A stretch of DNA of 54,293 nt from positions 1 through 54,293 of IMG/VR virus record IMGVR_UViG_3300009164_000100. One strand, given 5' to 3'. The DNA comes from a virus (taxonomy: Duplodnaviria; Caudoviricetes). The notes below the pieces were generated by a model. It had not been told where the DNA came from and did no database searches. It worked only from the letters and a program-made list of their open reading frames with translations. Below, one piece after another: positions 44,968 through 53,795 of this stretch (position 1 is the first letter of the stretch; each line of letters begins with the position of its first letter). A program made the position numbers and the translations under genes.

Positions 44968-45348
44968 CTATTCATCGTCTTTGTCAAACAAACGCTTGAA
45001 CACGCTCATAGGAATAGCCACCCAATGAGCCTCCAAAACAGGATCCTCGTGGCCTTTGATCTCTATCGCAAGCGCAGGTTCCTTCCCGGCTGCCATTGCT
45101 TCCTTGGTGATCTTTGCAAGCCATTCACCCTTCACCGATAGCGAAGCGTGGATCGTTTGCTTGCACTCGATCAAGAACCGATCAAGGTCGTGGGCGTTGT
45201 TGGTGCGCTGTATCACATCCCCCTTCGCGTAGATGCTACTCCCGCTGCCGGGCTGCACTCTCCCTGCCACCGACTGACCCACGCGCATTTCTTGCTCGTT
45301 GGGCGACCTTGTGTGCTGACTGAAAACCCTCGGTTGGAACCTTGCCAC
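44968..45348 (-). CDS. PD-(D/E)XK nuclease, Hjc-like resolvase
   Basis: QPGSGS...KGDV...FLIECKQT...WLAKITKEA...PALAI. Confidence 0.8.
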   Translation of the reverse strand: MARFQPRVFSQHTRSPNEQEMRVGQSVAGRVQPGSGSSIYAKGDVIQRTNNAHDLDRFLIECKQTIHASLSVKGEWLAKITKEAMAAGKEPALAIEIKGHEDPVLEAHWVAIPMSVFKRLFDKDDE

Positions 45349-45622
45349 GCAACAACCTCCACTCTTCCACTGTGAACTTCAACAACTCAACCTTGTCGCC
45401 ACGCACCACATACACTTCTCGCGTCTCGCAGTACCGGCACTTATCGACTACATCACCGAACGCCGAAATGCCTTCCAACTCGTAGCAGGAAGCCTTGCCC
45501 TTCGCCGCGCAATGTGGGCAGCATGGGTCGTCCTTCTTGCGAACGAACACAAACACCGTTGCCACGGTCACTACCGCGCAAACTGCCACCGCTAGCGCGT
45601 CTGCGAGCGATACCAAACTCAT
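45236..45622 (-). CDS. Membrane-anchored Zn-finger-like protein
   Basis: N-terminal hydrophobic segment, CPHC and CRYC; ATGA-coupled to recA; 3' part overlaps the next gene. Confidence 0.55.
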   Translation of the reverse strand: MSLVSLADALAVAVCAVVTVATVFVFVRKKDDPCCPHCAAKGKASCYELEGISAFGDVVDKCRYCETREVYVVRGDKVELLKFTVEEWRLLRGKVPTEGFQSAHKVAQRARNARGSVGGRESAARQRE

Positions 45623-46833
45623 GCAATCATCTTCTTGCGAAGGAACGCCGTCAATCTAGCCCACTCCCTAGGCTCTTGCATAGCCTCAATCGCTGACTTC
45701 TTGCTCGTAAAAGTCTGCATCCCAAGCGTCCACTTGGCACCATCCTTTGCCAACTCCCCGTAACGCTCGCACAGGCTCACATACAAGTTCAACTGATCCA
45801 CCCGGCCGCTGTCCAACTCCATCGAGTAACTGCCCTTTCCCTTCGGTGGTGCAGTCTTGTTCTTCTCAATGCTAAAGTTGATCCGAACCGACTTCGCTAC
45901 CTGCAAGTCCTTATCGTCGCCGCCGATAGCCTCGACCTCTTGAATGTCGTAGCCGTTCGACCACAACTTGATCTCACACGACGACACAAACCCCTGACCC
46001 ATGCCACCCGGCATCGTCTCGGGATTGCCAAACATAACACCAATCTTCATCCTCAACTGATTGATCCACAACTGCGTAGGAACCCGCCCAAAGTCGCGCC
46101 CCACCGAGTTCACGCTGCTCTGCGTCTTACGGCAAAACTTGTTGAGCAACCTCGCTTGCAAGCCCTGTTGCCACTTCTCCACGCTTTCCTCGACTTCCTT
46201 GCTCGGTGTCATCGCCGCAAGACTGTCCAAGATAAACAAGTCTACTGCACCTGTACGCATCAGGCTGTCGTAGATGTCGATCCCTTCCTCAGCCGTGTCC
46301 GGGCGAACATAGACAATCAGCCTATCGTCCAACCCCAACTGCGCCGCCCAACGCTTGTCATACGCGCCCTCGTAGTCGAACAACGCTACGCGGTACTCTT
46401 CGTAACTGTTCTCCGCATAGCCGCGACACCGAGCCGCATACTCGTCCTTCTTCTCCTCCGGATACTGACGCGGAACGAACAGGCCCTTCTGATAACAGTC
46501 ACAATGCCCCTCTTGGTGCCATGTGACCTCTCCCGTAGTCTCGTTCTCTTCCTCGACTACCGTAGTCTCTACCTTCCGCAGACAATGCGCACACAACCGC
46601 TGCGCGTTGCCTGCCGTCCGATACGCAGTCGTCGTCTTGCCGCTGCTCTTGTCCCCGTAGAAGATCGTTGTCCGACCAACCGGGATGCCTCCGCCAAGCG
46701 AAATGTCCAACGACAAACTGCCCGTTTCCAAGCGCGGAATGTCCATGTGACGAACGCCCACGGCCATCGTTCCCGCACCATGCTGCTTGTCCACCGCAGC
46801 AGACAACTTCTTCAACGCATCTAACCTGCTCAT
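45619..46833 (-). CDS. recA: RecA/UvsX-like recombinase with Cys-rich insertion
   Basis: TGSLSLDISLGGGIPVGR, YGDKSSGKTT, LDSLAAM, GLQARL, INQLRMKIGVMFGNPETMPGG, KNKTAPP. Confidence 0.96.
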   Translation of the reverse strand: MSRLDALKKLSAAVDKQHGAGTMAVGVRHMDIPRLETGSLSLDISLGGGIPVGRTTIFYGDKSSGKTTTAYRTAGNAQRLCAHCLRKVETTVVEEENETTGEVTWHQEGHCDCYQKGLFVPRQYPEEKKDEYAARCRGYAENSYEEYRVALFDYEGAYDKRWAAQLGLDDRLIVYVRPDTAEEGIDIYDSLMRTGAVDLFILDSLAAMTPSKEVEESVEKWQQGLQARLLNKFCRKTQSSVNSVGRDFGRVPTQLWINQLRMKIGVMFGNPETMPGGMGQGFVSSCEIKLWSNGYDIQEVEAIGGDDKDLQVAKSVRINFSIEKNKTAPPKGKGSYSMELDSGRVDQLNLYVSLCERYGELAKDGAKWTLGMQTFTSKKSAIEAMQEPREWARLTAFLRKKMIA

Positions 46834-46901
46834 TGCTTCCACCCTTGAAAGAACAAGCGGCAAGCAAGGCAACCCGCCCGGCTCACCGCTCTGTAACGCC
46901 C

Positions 46902-47429
46902 CTAGAAGCCTACGGGCTTGGCCGAACGCAAAGCCTTCAACTCCGCCTCGATGAAGCGGCCCGTGATGCCCTGAACCACCTTCAACGCCGTCTCAAACGG
47001 CACGCTGTCGGCTACGGGCTCGTCAACCGTCACGTCGAACCGCGCACTCTCATACGCCTTCAACGAACGGGTCATGCCGTAGGTCACTTTGATGCGCCGT
47101 GAACACAGATCGTCGGCATAGGTCAAAGGAACCGCTACACGGTCGCCCTTTGTGATCGAAGCCGTCTCACGGTCAAGGACTTCCTGCGCGATCCGCTTCG
47201 CGCAACCGATTGCGTCACCCCCGTTGTCGGCAAACTCAACTCCGCACTCCACACGCGCAAAGTTGAAGTCGCCAAGCGAGATCGTCCGACCGAGGCTCAC
47301 GCTCACCGTCCGACCCTTCGCCCGACTGTGTTCAGTCGGCTCCGTTTCCGTGCCTTCCATTGTCCGATCCGAAACGCCGCCCGACTTGTGCTCGCGGCTA
47401 ACCAATACCTGACCCGCTACCATCTGCAT
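46902..47429 (-). CDS. Hypothetical protein with internally duplicated domain
   Basis: TVSVSLGRTISLGDFNFARVECGV versus RIKVTYGMTRSLKAYESARFDVTV. Confidence 0.75.
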   Translation of the reverse strand: MQMVAGQVLVSREHKSGGVSDRTMEGTETEPTEHSRAKGRTVSVSLGRTISLGDFNFARVECGVEFADNGGDAIGCAKRIAQEVLDRETASITKGDRVAVPLTYADDLCSRRIKVTYGMTRSLKAYESARFDVTVDEPVADSVPFETALKVVQGITGRFIEAELKALRSAKPVGF

Positions 47430-47483
47430 CTTGCCCTCCTGCCTTCTCGTCCAAACTCTTTGGACTTCTTCTAGGCAGGCGCA

Positions 47484-47511
47484 ATACTAGCACAGATTCC
47501 CGCTCTGTCAA
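47484..47511 (-). promoter_or_regulatory. sigma70-like promoter for the recombination operon
   Basis: TTGACA-N16-TAGTAT, TGC extended -10. Confidence 0.7.
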
Positions 47512-47677
47512 TGGCAACGGCGATCTTCGCTCCAAAAACGCTAAACGCAACCCCGGCTACTGATCGGATCGGATCCATCCAAAAGTAGATCAAAACCTAT
47601 GGTGCTGAACCCTTGTGCCTTGCTTCACTTCGTTCAGCAAGTCAGCGACTTGCTTCGCAAGCCGCACCACCGAGTAG

Positions 47678-47714
47678 CGAGTACCTAGTCACTAGTAACG
47701 AGTACCTAGTCACT
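47678..47714. repeat. 16-bp direct repeat CGAGTACCTAGTCACT x2 (21-bp period)
   Basis: Copies at 47678-47693 and 47699-47714 in the largest non-coding gap. Confidence 0.9.
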
Positions 47715-47808
47715 TGCAGGTCGTAACCATAACCAACCGCGTGCCACGCTGCGCGTGTTACAGGTCTGAAAATCGTGCGTCAATAGGCAAAATGACCGGG
47801 GTTCGATC

Positions 47809-48270
47809 CTAGCCCTGCACTTCGGGCAGATTGTTCCAATGTTCCAAGATCATAGCCGTGAAGCCAATGTTGTCTTTCCGAACATGAATCCGCTTGGTGC
47901 CGTTTCTGTGGGCCTCAATCGCCTTCTTGATCCCCTGCACTTGACCTACCGTGTAGCAGCGCGGGGTCCGGGCAAACGGGTCTGCCGGGATAACGCCCAA
48001 CCGCTCCCACTGAATGATCGTTTCTCGGCTCACATCGAGCAAGAACGCTGCCTCCGATACCGTGTAGCAGTTCCGCTCAACGCTATCTGCACCAACCAAC
48101 CGACCACTACCCCCGTCCTCCGATACCTCCTTCACCGACTTGCGTGACCTCTTGGAGTTCAACAAGACCTTCTCCCGGTAGTTTGGGTCGTTCAGATACC
48201 GATCCTTTCGCCGCTGCGACAACTTCTCTCGGTTCTCTGCATACCACTTCGCAAAGTATTCGTTCGACAT
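47809..48270 (-). CDS. MerR-type HTH DNA-binding protein
   Basis: YTVSEAAFLLDVSRETIIQWERLGVIP...RCYTVGQV. Confidence 0.85.
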   Translation of the reverse strand: MSNEYFAKWYAENREKLSQRRKDRYLNDPNYREKVLLNSKRSRKSVKEVSEDGGSGRLVGADSVERNCYTVSEAAFLLDVSRETIIQWERLGVIPADPFARTPRCYTVGQVQGIKKAIEAHRNGTKRIHVRKDNIGFTAMILEHWNNLPEVQG

Positions 48271-48279
48271 CCCTTCCTC

Positions 48280-49764
48280 CTAAATCGATCCAATCTCTTT
48301 GTAAAAACCAAGTCTGCGCTTGTAACTGTTCATCAGCCGCGTCACGTTCTCGTCCACCACATCGACCACAATCGGATGCGGCTTCCCCTCACAAGAGCCT
48401 GCCCTCCACGGGCAAAGGTGCTTGCATTTCGTTTCGCTAGGCTTGCAATGCCGACGCACCCGGCCAACTGCCTGTTCTGCGTCTCCAAGCGGAGTGACTA
48501 GCACCAACACATCAATCGCAGGAATGTCCAAGCCTTCCTCGATCATCTGCTTAGTCGCCAAGACAACATTCGCTCGCTCTGCCTGCTTCAGATCGGCTTC
48601 CGTGCGCGTGCGCTTGCGAGGTTGGCCTTTGGCATCAACGCCCCCGACATACCACTCGCCCGTGTAACAGTCGATCACAGGCTCAAACGGCAGATCCATG
48701 CGCAACAGGACGCTTGCCAACTCCCGCTCTAGCACCTTCAAGTGACCTAGCCGCTCGCTGACGACCATCACCTTCCGGCCCTTTGCAACTGCCTGCGCAA
48801 CCTCGTCGGCAATCATCTTGTTTCGCAGCGGGTTCTCCACCAACTGCGTCACGATCTGCGTGTGGTTCAACTTGTCCTCCGAGATCATTCGACCCCGGAC
48901 GCGCACAGGATTCATGTGGATCTGTGTCCGTAACCGCTTCAGACTTGGAACGATTGCATTGGTTTTGGCCGAGTAAAGGATCTCGCCTATGTGGTAGTAG
49001 AAGGCATCTTCTGCACCATCCTTGCGGCGCGGAGTAGCAGTCAACCCAAGTCGATACCGGGCGTTGAACCGAGGCATAATGTCCGACCACGACTGCGCTC
49101 CTACCCGGTGGCACTCGTCGCTGACGACAAGGCCGAACGCATCGTAGATCGCATCGGGGTACTTGCTCCCGCTCTGATCGTCTCGCGCAATTGATTGCAG
49201 CATCCCAATCACGAAGTCGCAACCCTCATAGTCGCAAACATCCTGTCTTATGGTGCCAATCTTCGCGTCCGGGAAGAAGTCCTCAATCCGTTCCCGCCAC
49301 TGACGCATAAAGAACTCCTTGTGGACTAGGATTAGCGTGCGCTTGCCTACCCGACGAGCGAACTCCAAGGCCACATTCGTCTTGCCGAATCCACAGCCTG
49401 CCCGGAGAATGAAGCCTCCCCACGGGTTCTCCTCCGTGTACCGCACCATTGTCTCAAGCGCGGCTCCCTGCTCCGCATACGGCCCCTCGAAACGCATCTT
49501 CGTTCCGAACTTCGCCATAGGCATACCGTCTGCCGTCATGCAGATTTCCTCATGCGCTGCGGTCCGGTTCTGCGCGTAGAAACCCCTCGGCATACCGAAC
49601 CAACGCTCGTCCTCCTTGTAGAGCAGAATCGGCATAGGAGGTTCAGTCGCAAACTCCGCGTGGACAGTCGGAGTGATCGTCAACCGCTCACGGAGATTGC
49701 GAAGATGATGCTGATCCAACTCGCGCTTGTCTAACCATACTCGACCATCAACCTTGACGCGCAC
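48280..49764 (-). CDS. SF2 DNA helicase (UvsW/XPB-like)
   Basis: AGCGFGKT, SDECH, GLTATPRRKDG, EEGLDIP, QAVGRVRR. Confidence 0.95.
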   Translation of the reverse strand: MRVKVDGRVWLDKRELDQHHLRNLRERLTITPTVHAEFATEPPMPILLYKEDERWFGMPRGFYAQNRTAAHEEICMTADGMPMAKFGTKMRFEGPYAEQGAALETMVRYTEENPWGGFILRAGCGFGKTNVALEFARRVGKRTLILVHKEFFMRQWRERIEDFFPDAKIGTIRQDVCDYEGCDFVIGMLQSIARDDQSGSKYPDAIYDAFGLVVSDECHRVGAQSWSDIMPRFNARYRLGLTATPRRKDGAEDAFYYHIGEILYSAKTNAIVPSLKRLRTQIHMNPVRVRGRMISEDKLNHTQIVTQLVENPLRNKMIADEVAQAVAKGRKVMVVSERLGHLKVLERELASVLLRMDLPFEPVIDCYTGEWYVGGVDAKGQPRKRTRTEADLKQAERANVVLATKQMIEEGLDIPAIDVLVLVTPLGDAEQAVGRVRRHCKPSETKCKHLCPWRAGSCEGKPHPIVVDVVDENVTRLMNSYKRRLGFYKEIGSI

Positions 49765-49790
49765 TTGCTTACTCCATGAAGGGCTTTGTC

Positions 49791-49819
49791 AAGATAATGC
49801 ACCTTTGGCCGTGTGTCAA
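49791..49819 (-). promoter_or_regulatory. sigma70-like promoter
   Basis: TTGACA-N17-TATCTT. Confidence 0.5.
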
Positions 49820-49895
49820 CGATTGCACGATAGTCAACCCAAAAACGCAAAGAACCGCAGGCTCGCGCCCACGGCTCCCCGGTTCGGCCTATGGC

Positions 49896-50645
49896 CTAGT
49901 AGTCCAAGTCGTCGTCTACGGGCTTCACACGGTCGCCCACAAGACGCTTCAGTGCGTCAAACGGCTTCGGATCAAAGACCTTGGCGTAGTCGAACGGCTT
50001 GAAATCAACCTCGCCCTGTGCGCCTAGACCCGCAAGGTAGGCTGCGTATTCGGCGGGCTTGACCTTCTCGACAAACTCCCACTCGTCGCCCACGGACTCG
50101 ACCTTTGCGCCCGAACGGTACACATCCCAAACCGTTCCCGCGAGGCTGTCGCCGTGTTTCCCCGCAAGGCGGCGCAACTTCTGAAGCACGCCCGGCTTAT
50201 CCTTGCCGCCACGCTTGGCCCCAAGGAGGCTCTTCTGAAACTGATACAGTTTGCCCGTCTTGCCCGTGAACCCCGACAACTTCACCGAACCGTCAGGTCG
50301 GCGCGTCACATCACCGCAGTCGATCACCGTGAAGTAGCCGACGAACGAAGGCCACATTTCGGCATCACACAACGGGCAACCCTTCCCATCGTCCATCCCG
50401 TTTTTCTTCAAGCAGGTGACATTATCTTTCGACTTATTCAAGGCGTAAAGACCGTGCTCGTAGAGGCTGAACGGGCTTCCGTCCACGAACATCACCCGCT
50501 TTGTGGCCGCAGCGGGCATCCAAAACTTGCGAGGACCATAATCCTTGCCCCCGCCGCTACCGCCGCCGTCACCCGCGCCGTCAAGTGGGTCGTCCCACCC
50601 TCCGCCGCCGAAACCGCCACCGAACGCACTTCCGAATCCACTCAT
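49896..50645 (-). CDS. Single-stranded DNA-binding protein (gp32-like)
   Basis: FWM...RVMFVD, H..C..CPLC metal ligands, acidic C-terminal DDDLDY; located in the replication cluster. Confidence 0.75.
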   Translation of the reverse strand: MSGFGSAFGGGFGGGGWDDPLDGAGDGGGSGGGKDYGPRKFWMPAAATKRVMFVDGSPFSLYEHGLYALNKSKDNVTCLKKNGMDDGKGCPLCDAEMWPSFVGYFTVIDCGDVTRRPDGSVKLSGFTGKTGKLYQFQKSLLGAKRGGKDKPGVLQKLRRLAGKHGDSLAGTVWDVYRSGAKVESVGDEWEFVEKVKPAEYAAYLAGLGAQGEVDFKPFDYAKVFDPKPFDALKRLVGDRVKPVDDDLDY

Positions 50646-50708
50646 GCTCTACCTCGCTTGTCCTTCACAGAGGACGATTTTGTTCACAAAAGCGTGAACC
50701 GTTTGACT

Positions 50709-50736
50709 ATCCTACACGCCTTTGCGCGACTGTCAA
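50709..50736 (-). promoter_or_regulatory. sigma70-like promoter for ssb
   Basis: TTGACA-N16-TAGGAT. Confidence 0.65.
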
Positions 50737-50739
50737 GGC

Positions 50740-51816
50740 TCAACCGAACAACGCCAACACTTCCTCTTGCGAAAGGTCGGCAGGGTCGCGCCCGAAAGGG
50801 CAGTCAATGATCTTTGGTGCAATGCTGTAACGCCGCATAGCCTCAACGACATCTACCGCCATCTTTCGCCCGGCATCGTCGCCGTCTCCCATAACATAAA
50901 CCGCGTCCGTTCGCTGCGCAATCAGTTGCGCCTGTCCTGCGGAAAGACTTGCACCAAGTATCGCAACCGGGTGCCTAACCCCGTGCCGCCACAGATTCAG
51001 CGCATCCGTAGTGCCTTCCGTAACCACGATAGGCTCTCCCTTCACATGGCGATCAATCCCAAACAGGCTCGTTCGTCGCCACGGCCCCGAATGGTGCTTG
51101 TATTTTGCGTAGTTGACCTTGCAGCCTTCGCAGAACTTATGCTCCGAAATCATCTCACCGCACCGATAGCAATGAGGCTTATCCCAATAGGTCCTCGCCG
51201 TGTAGCCTACCAACGAACCGTCAACTGCCCGGATAGGATGAACCCAACGCCTATCCTTCTCATTGTGGCCTAGCCGCCATTCCTTGTGAACCTCCGCAAA
51301 CCCACGCTTTACCGCGTAGGCAGGAATAGGTGCCGCAATCCAACGCTCCACTAGGTCGTTGTCGGGAGGCTCATACTCCACCTTCTCTTTCACACGGCTG
51401 CTGTACGATACCTCCGGCAGAAGGCTCCCCTGAAAGATCTGCTTTCGGATAGTCGGCCCCTCAAACGAGAACCGACCCCCCATAGAATAGTCTAGGTGCC
51501 GAACAGGTGGACGCTCCACTTCTTCGATTTCCCAACCATGCGATAAGATAGATGCCCGGTCCTCGTATGGTGCGCCCAATGCCGCCATACGCCACACCAT
51601 CTTCGGCAGCGGCCCACCTTCGCCACAAGCCAAACACTTGTAGGAGTAGTAGCCCTTCCGACCTTCCATAACCACGAACGAAGGATTGCTGTCCGAACCC
51701 TTGCTGTGCGTCCACCGGGCAAACGGGCAGGTCGCTTCCAACTTGCCGCCACGCCAACCACGCATCTCCGACCCGTAAAGCCGAAGCAACTGCTCCACTT
51801 CTAACTTGCGAGACAT
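50740..51816 (-). CDS. dnaG: DNA primase (Zn-binding domain + TOPRIM)
   Basis: CPF..H...DSNPSF...CLACG, GYTAR, VVTEGTTDA, MGDGDDAG, GRDPAD; extra CYRC/CEGC ribbon. Confidence 0.92.
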   Translation of the reverse strand: MSRKLEVEQLLRLYGSEMRGWRGGKLEATCPFARWTHSKGSDSNPSFVVMEGRKGYYSYKCLACGEGGPLPKMVWRMAALGAPYEDRASILSHGWEIEEVERPPVRHLDYSMGGRFSFEGPTIRKQIFQGSLLPEVSYSSRVKEKVEYEPPDNDLVERWIAAPIPAYAVKRGFAEVHKEWRLGHNEKDRRWVHPIRAVDGSLVGYTARTYWDKPHCYRCGEMISEHKFCEGCKVNYAKYKHHSGPWRRTSLFGIDRHVKGEPIVVTEGTTDALNLWRHGVRHPVAILGASLSAGQAQLIAQRTDAVYVMGDGDDAGRKMAVDVVEAMRRYSIAPKIIDCPFGRDPADLSQEEVLALFG

Positions 51817-51820
51817 AGGG

Positions 51821-53128
51821 CTAAAATGGTGCAGAGTAGTCGTCGTCGTCAACGACACCGCTGCTACTTGTGTTGAAATCATCCTTGTAGACCTGCTTTC
51901 TTGACCCGTCCGAAACGATCTCACCGAACCGCATTGCGTCGAAATCCCAATGCACCTCAATCGGGGTGCCGTCATGCGACCCGCGCCGCAACTTGCCCAC
52001 ATGGAACTTCAGCCTACGGTCAGCCTTCATGTCGCTGTCCTGCTCCATGATAAAGACCGCGTGAGCATCCCAAAGCAACTGATCCGACAAGGCAATCGCG
52101 CTTGTATCGTAGCCACCGCCCTGTTTCTTGTCTTTCGTTGCCTGCCGGGACAACTGATGAAAGGCCACGAACGGAATACGGTGCCGCTTCGCAGACTGAC
52201 GGATCCAATCCACAGCCCGCTGCGTCCGTTCCATCTTATCGCCCTTGGTGCGGATCATGTAGATACTGTCTACCGCAACTAGGTCGGGCTTCACCGCCGT
52301 TATCGCAGCGTCAATCCCGTTCGGAGTCAGATCGTCTGCGCTGTCCATAACATAAATCCCGTCCTTCCCGGATAGGCTCTCTATGGTGTCAAACAACTTC
52401 TTCTCGGAGAACCCGTCCAACTTGCCGCGCATAATCCCGCCCGCCGAAACATTCGCCTGCACGATAAAGAACCGCTCTGCGATCTCGGACTTGCTCATCT
52501 CCGGCGACACGATCAGAACTCGCTTGCCCGCACGCCAAGTATCACGCGCAATCAGGGTCGCTACCTGCGTCTTGCCAACGCCCGGACGGGCCACAAAGTA
52601 GGTTGCCGTAGACGGCCACAAGCCCATCGTCAGGTCAGTCATGCTAGGCCACGGGAGCGGTATCCCCGTGTAGCCGTCCTTGACCTTTAGGTATGCCTCC
52701 TTGACGCTATCCCCAAGGTCGAAAATCTTGCTCGGAATGCTGCCTTTCGATGCGCCAACCTCGCTCCCCGCAAAGTCACGCAACAACTCTAACGCCGCGT
52801 CCGGGTTGTTTTGGTGCAACTTGTCGGTGGCCTGTGAGATCGCTTCGGCAATCCGACGATACGACTTCCGCTTCAAGACTTCTTGCACCACAAAGGACGA
52901 CGCAATGTCTCGGTACAGGCTCTCGTCCAACTCCAACCCGCACACCCCGGCCACAGCCGAAAGGCCGCTCGGAGCGTTATGGTCAACCGCGTGCTGCACG
53001 ATAAAGTTGTACGCCTTACGGTGACGTGGATCGTCAAACTCCGCTGCGTCGAACCCGGTCATTTGCAGCCTCTCGACAACCGATAGATCGGTCGCCGCGA
53101 AGTAGATAACGGCTACTTCAATGTCCAT
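51821..53128 (-). CDS. dnaB: Replicative DNA helicase
   Basis: ARPGVGKT, SPEMS, VAVDSIY, HQLSR, KLRRG. Confidence 0.93.
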   Translation of the reverse strand: MDIEVAVIYFAATDLSVVERLQMTGFDAAEFDDPRHRKAYNFIVQHAVDHNAPSGLSAVAGVCGLELDESLYRDIASSFVVQEVLKRKSYRRIAEAISQATDKLHQNNPDAALELLRDFAGSEVGASKGSIPSKIFDLGDSVKEAYLKVKDGYTGIPLPWPSMTDLTMGLWPSTATYFVARPGVGKTQVATLIARDTWRAGKRVLIVSPEMSKSEIAERFFIVQANVSAGGIMRGKLDGFSEKKLFDTIESLSGKDGIYVMDSADDLTPNGIDAAITAVKPDLVAVDSIYMIRTKGDKMERTQRAVDWIRQSAKRHRIPFVAFHQLSRQATKDKKQGGGYDTSAIALSDQLLWDAHAVFIMEQDSDMKADRRLKFHVGKLRRGSHDGTPIEVHWDFDAMRFGEIVSDGSRKQVYKDDFNTSSSGVVDDDDYSAPF

Positions 53129-53141
53129 TAGAACCGCCTAT

Positions 53142-53795
53142 TTAGGATAGCAGAGAACCGATCTCTTGCTTCGCCTTCTCCCGTAGATCCTCGCCCAACA
53201 ACCGGACAGGATAGATGCATTCTTTGAGGCTGTGCATCGTAGACGCTTTCAACTCGTCCTCCAATGCCTTCAGCGTCATGTTCGTCGTGATAAAGGTCAC
53301 GCGCTTGTTTGCGTTGCGGTGGCGGATCAACTCGTCCAACACCCTAGCACCAAAGCCCGTGCTGTCCTGTACGCCTTTTCCAAGGTCGTCAATCAACAGA
53401 ACATCAACCGACTTCGCCCGGTCCCATAGCGTCTGTTCCTCGTCAAACGCTTCGTTGTGGATGATTGCACCCTTCAACTCCGCGCTCTCCAAGAACATCA
53501 GCGAGTGACCACGCCTGCGGTACTCCTTGCCTAGCACCACCGCTAGGCTCGTCTTGCCAATCCCGTTCGCGCCCCAAAGCAGAAGCCCAACGCCCCGTTC
53601 GTGCATCTGCGCGAACTCCTTTAGGTACTTCTCGGCAACGCCCCGGACCTGCTCTTGCACGCCCGCTAGGTTCACCGTCCAATACCGCATCGGAACACGC
53701 GCACGCAACAAGTCGTCCTGCGTCAACTCACGACGAAACGGCTGTGTTTCACCATCCTGCATCGGGCGATCCATCGTCATCGGTGTATTCGTCAC
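53142..53795 (-). CDS. dnaC: DnaC/IstB-like AAA+ helicase loader
   Basis: GLLLWGANGIGKT, LLIDDLGK, LIRHR, TFITTN. Confidence 0.9.
   Translation of the reverse strand: MTNTPMTMDRPMQDGETQPFRRELTQDDLLRARVPMRYWTVNLAGVQEQVRGVAEKYLKEFAQMHERGVGLLLWGANGIGKTSLAVVLGKEYRRRGHSLMFLESAELKGAIIHNEAFDEEQTLWDRAKSVDVLLIDDLGKGVQDSTGFGARVLDELIRHRNANKRVTFITTNMTLKALEDELKASTMHSLKECIYPVRLLGEDLREKAKQEIGSLLS

Noticed and set aside
49850-49895. Possible terminator after ssb
   Set aside because: The stem pairing is imperfect and I could not define a convincing hairpin plus U tract by eye.
38707-53128. Inteins or introns in terL, recA, the helicases or primase
   Set aside because: No splice-junction or homing-endonuclease motifs seen; lengths are ordinary apart from the short RecA insertion.
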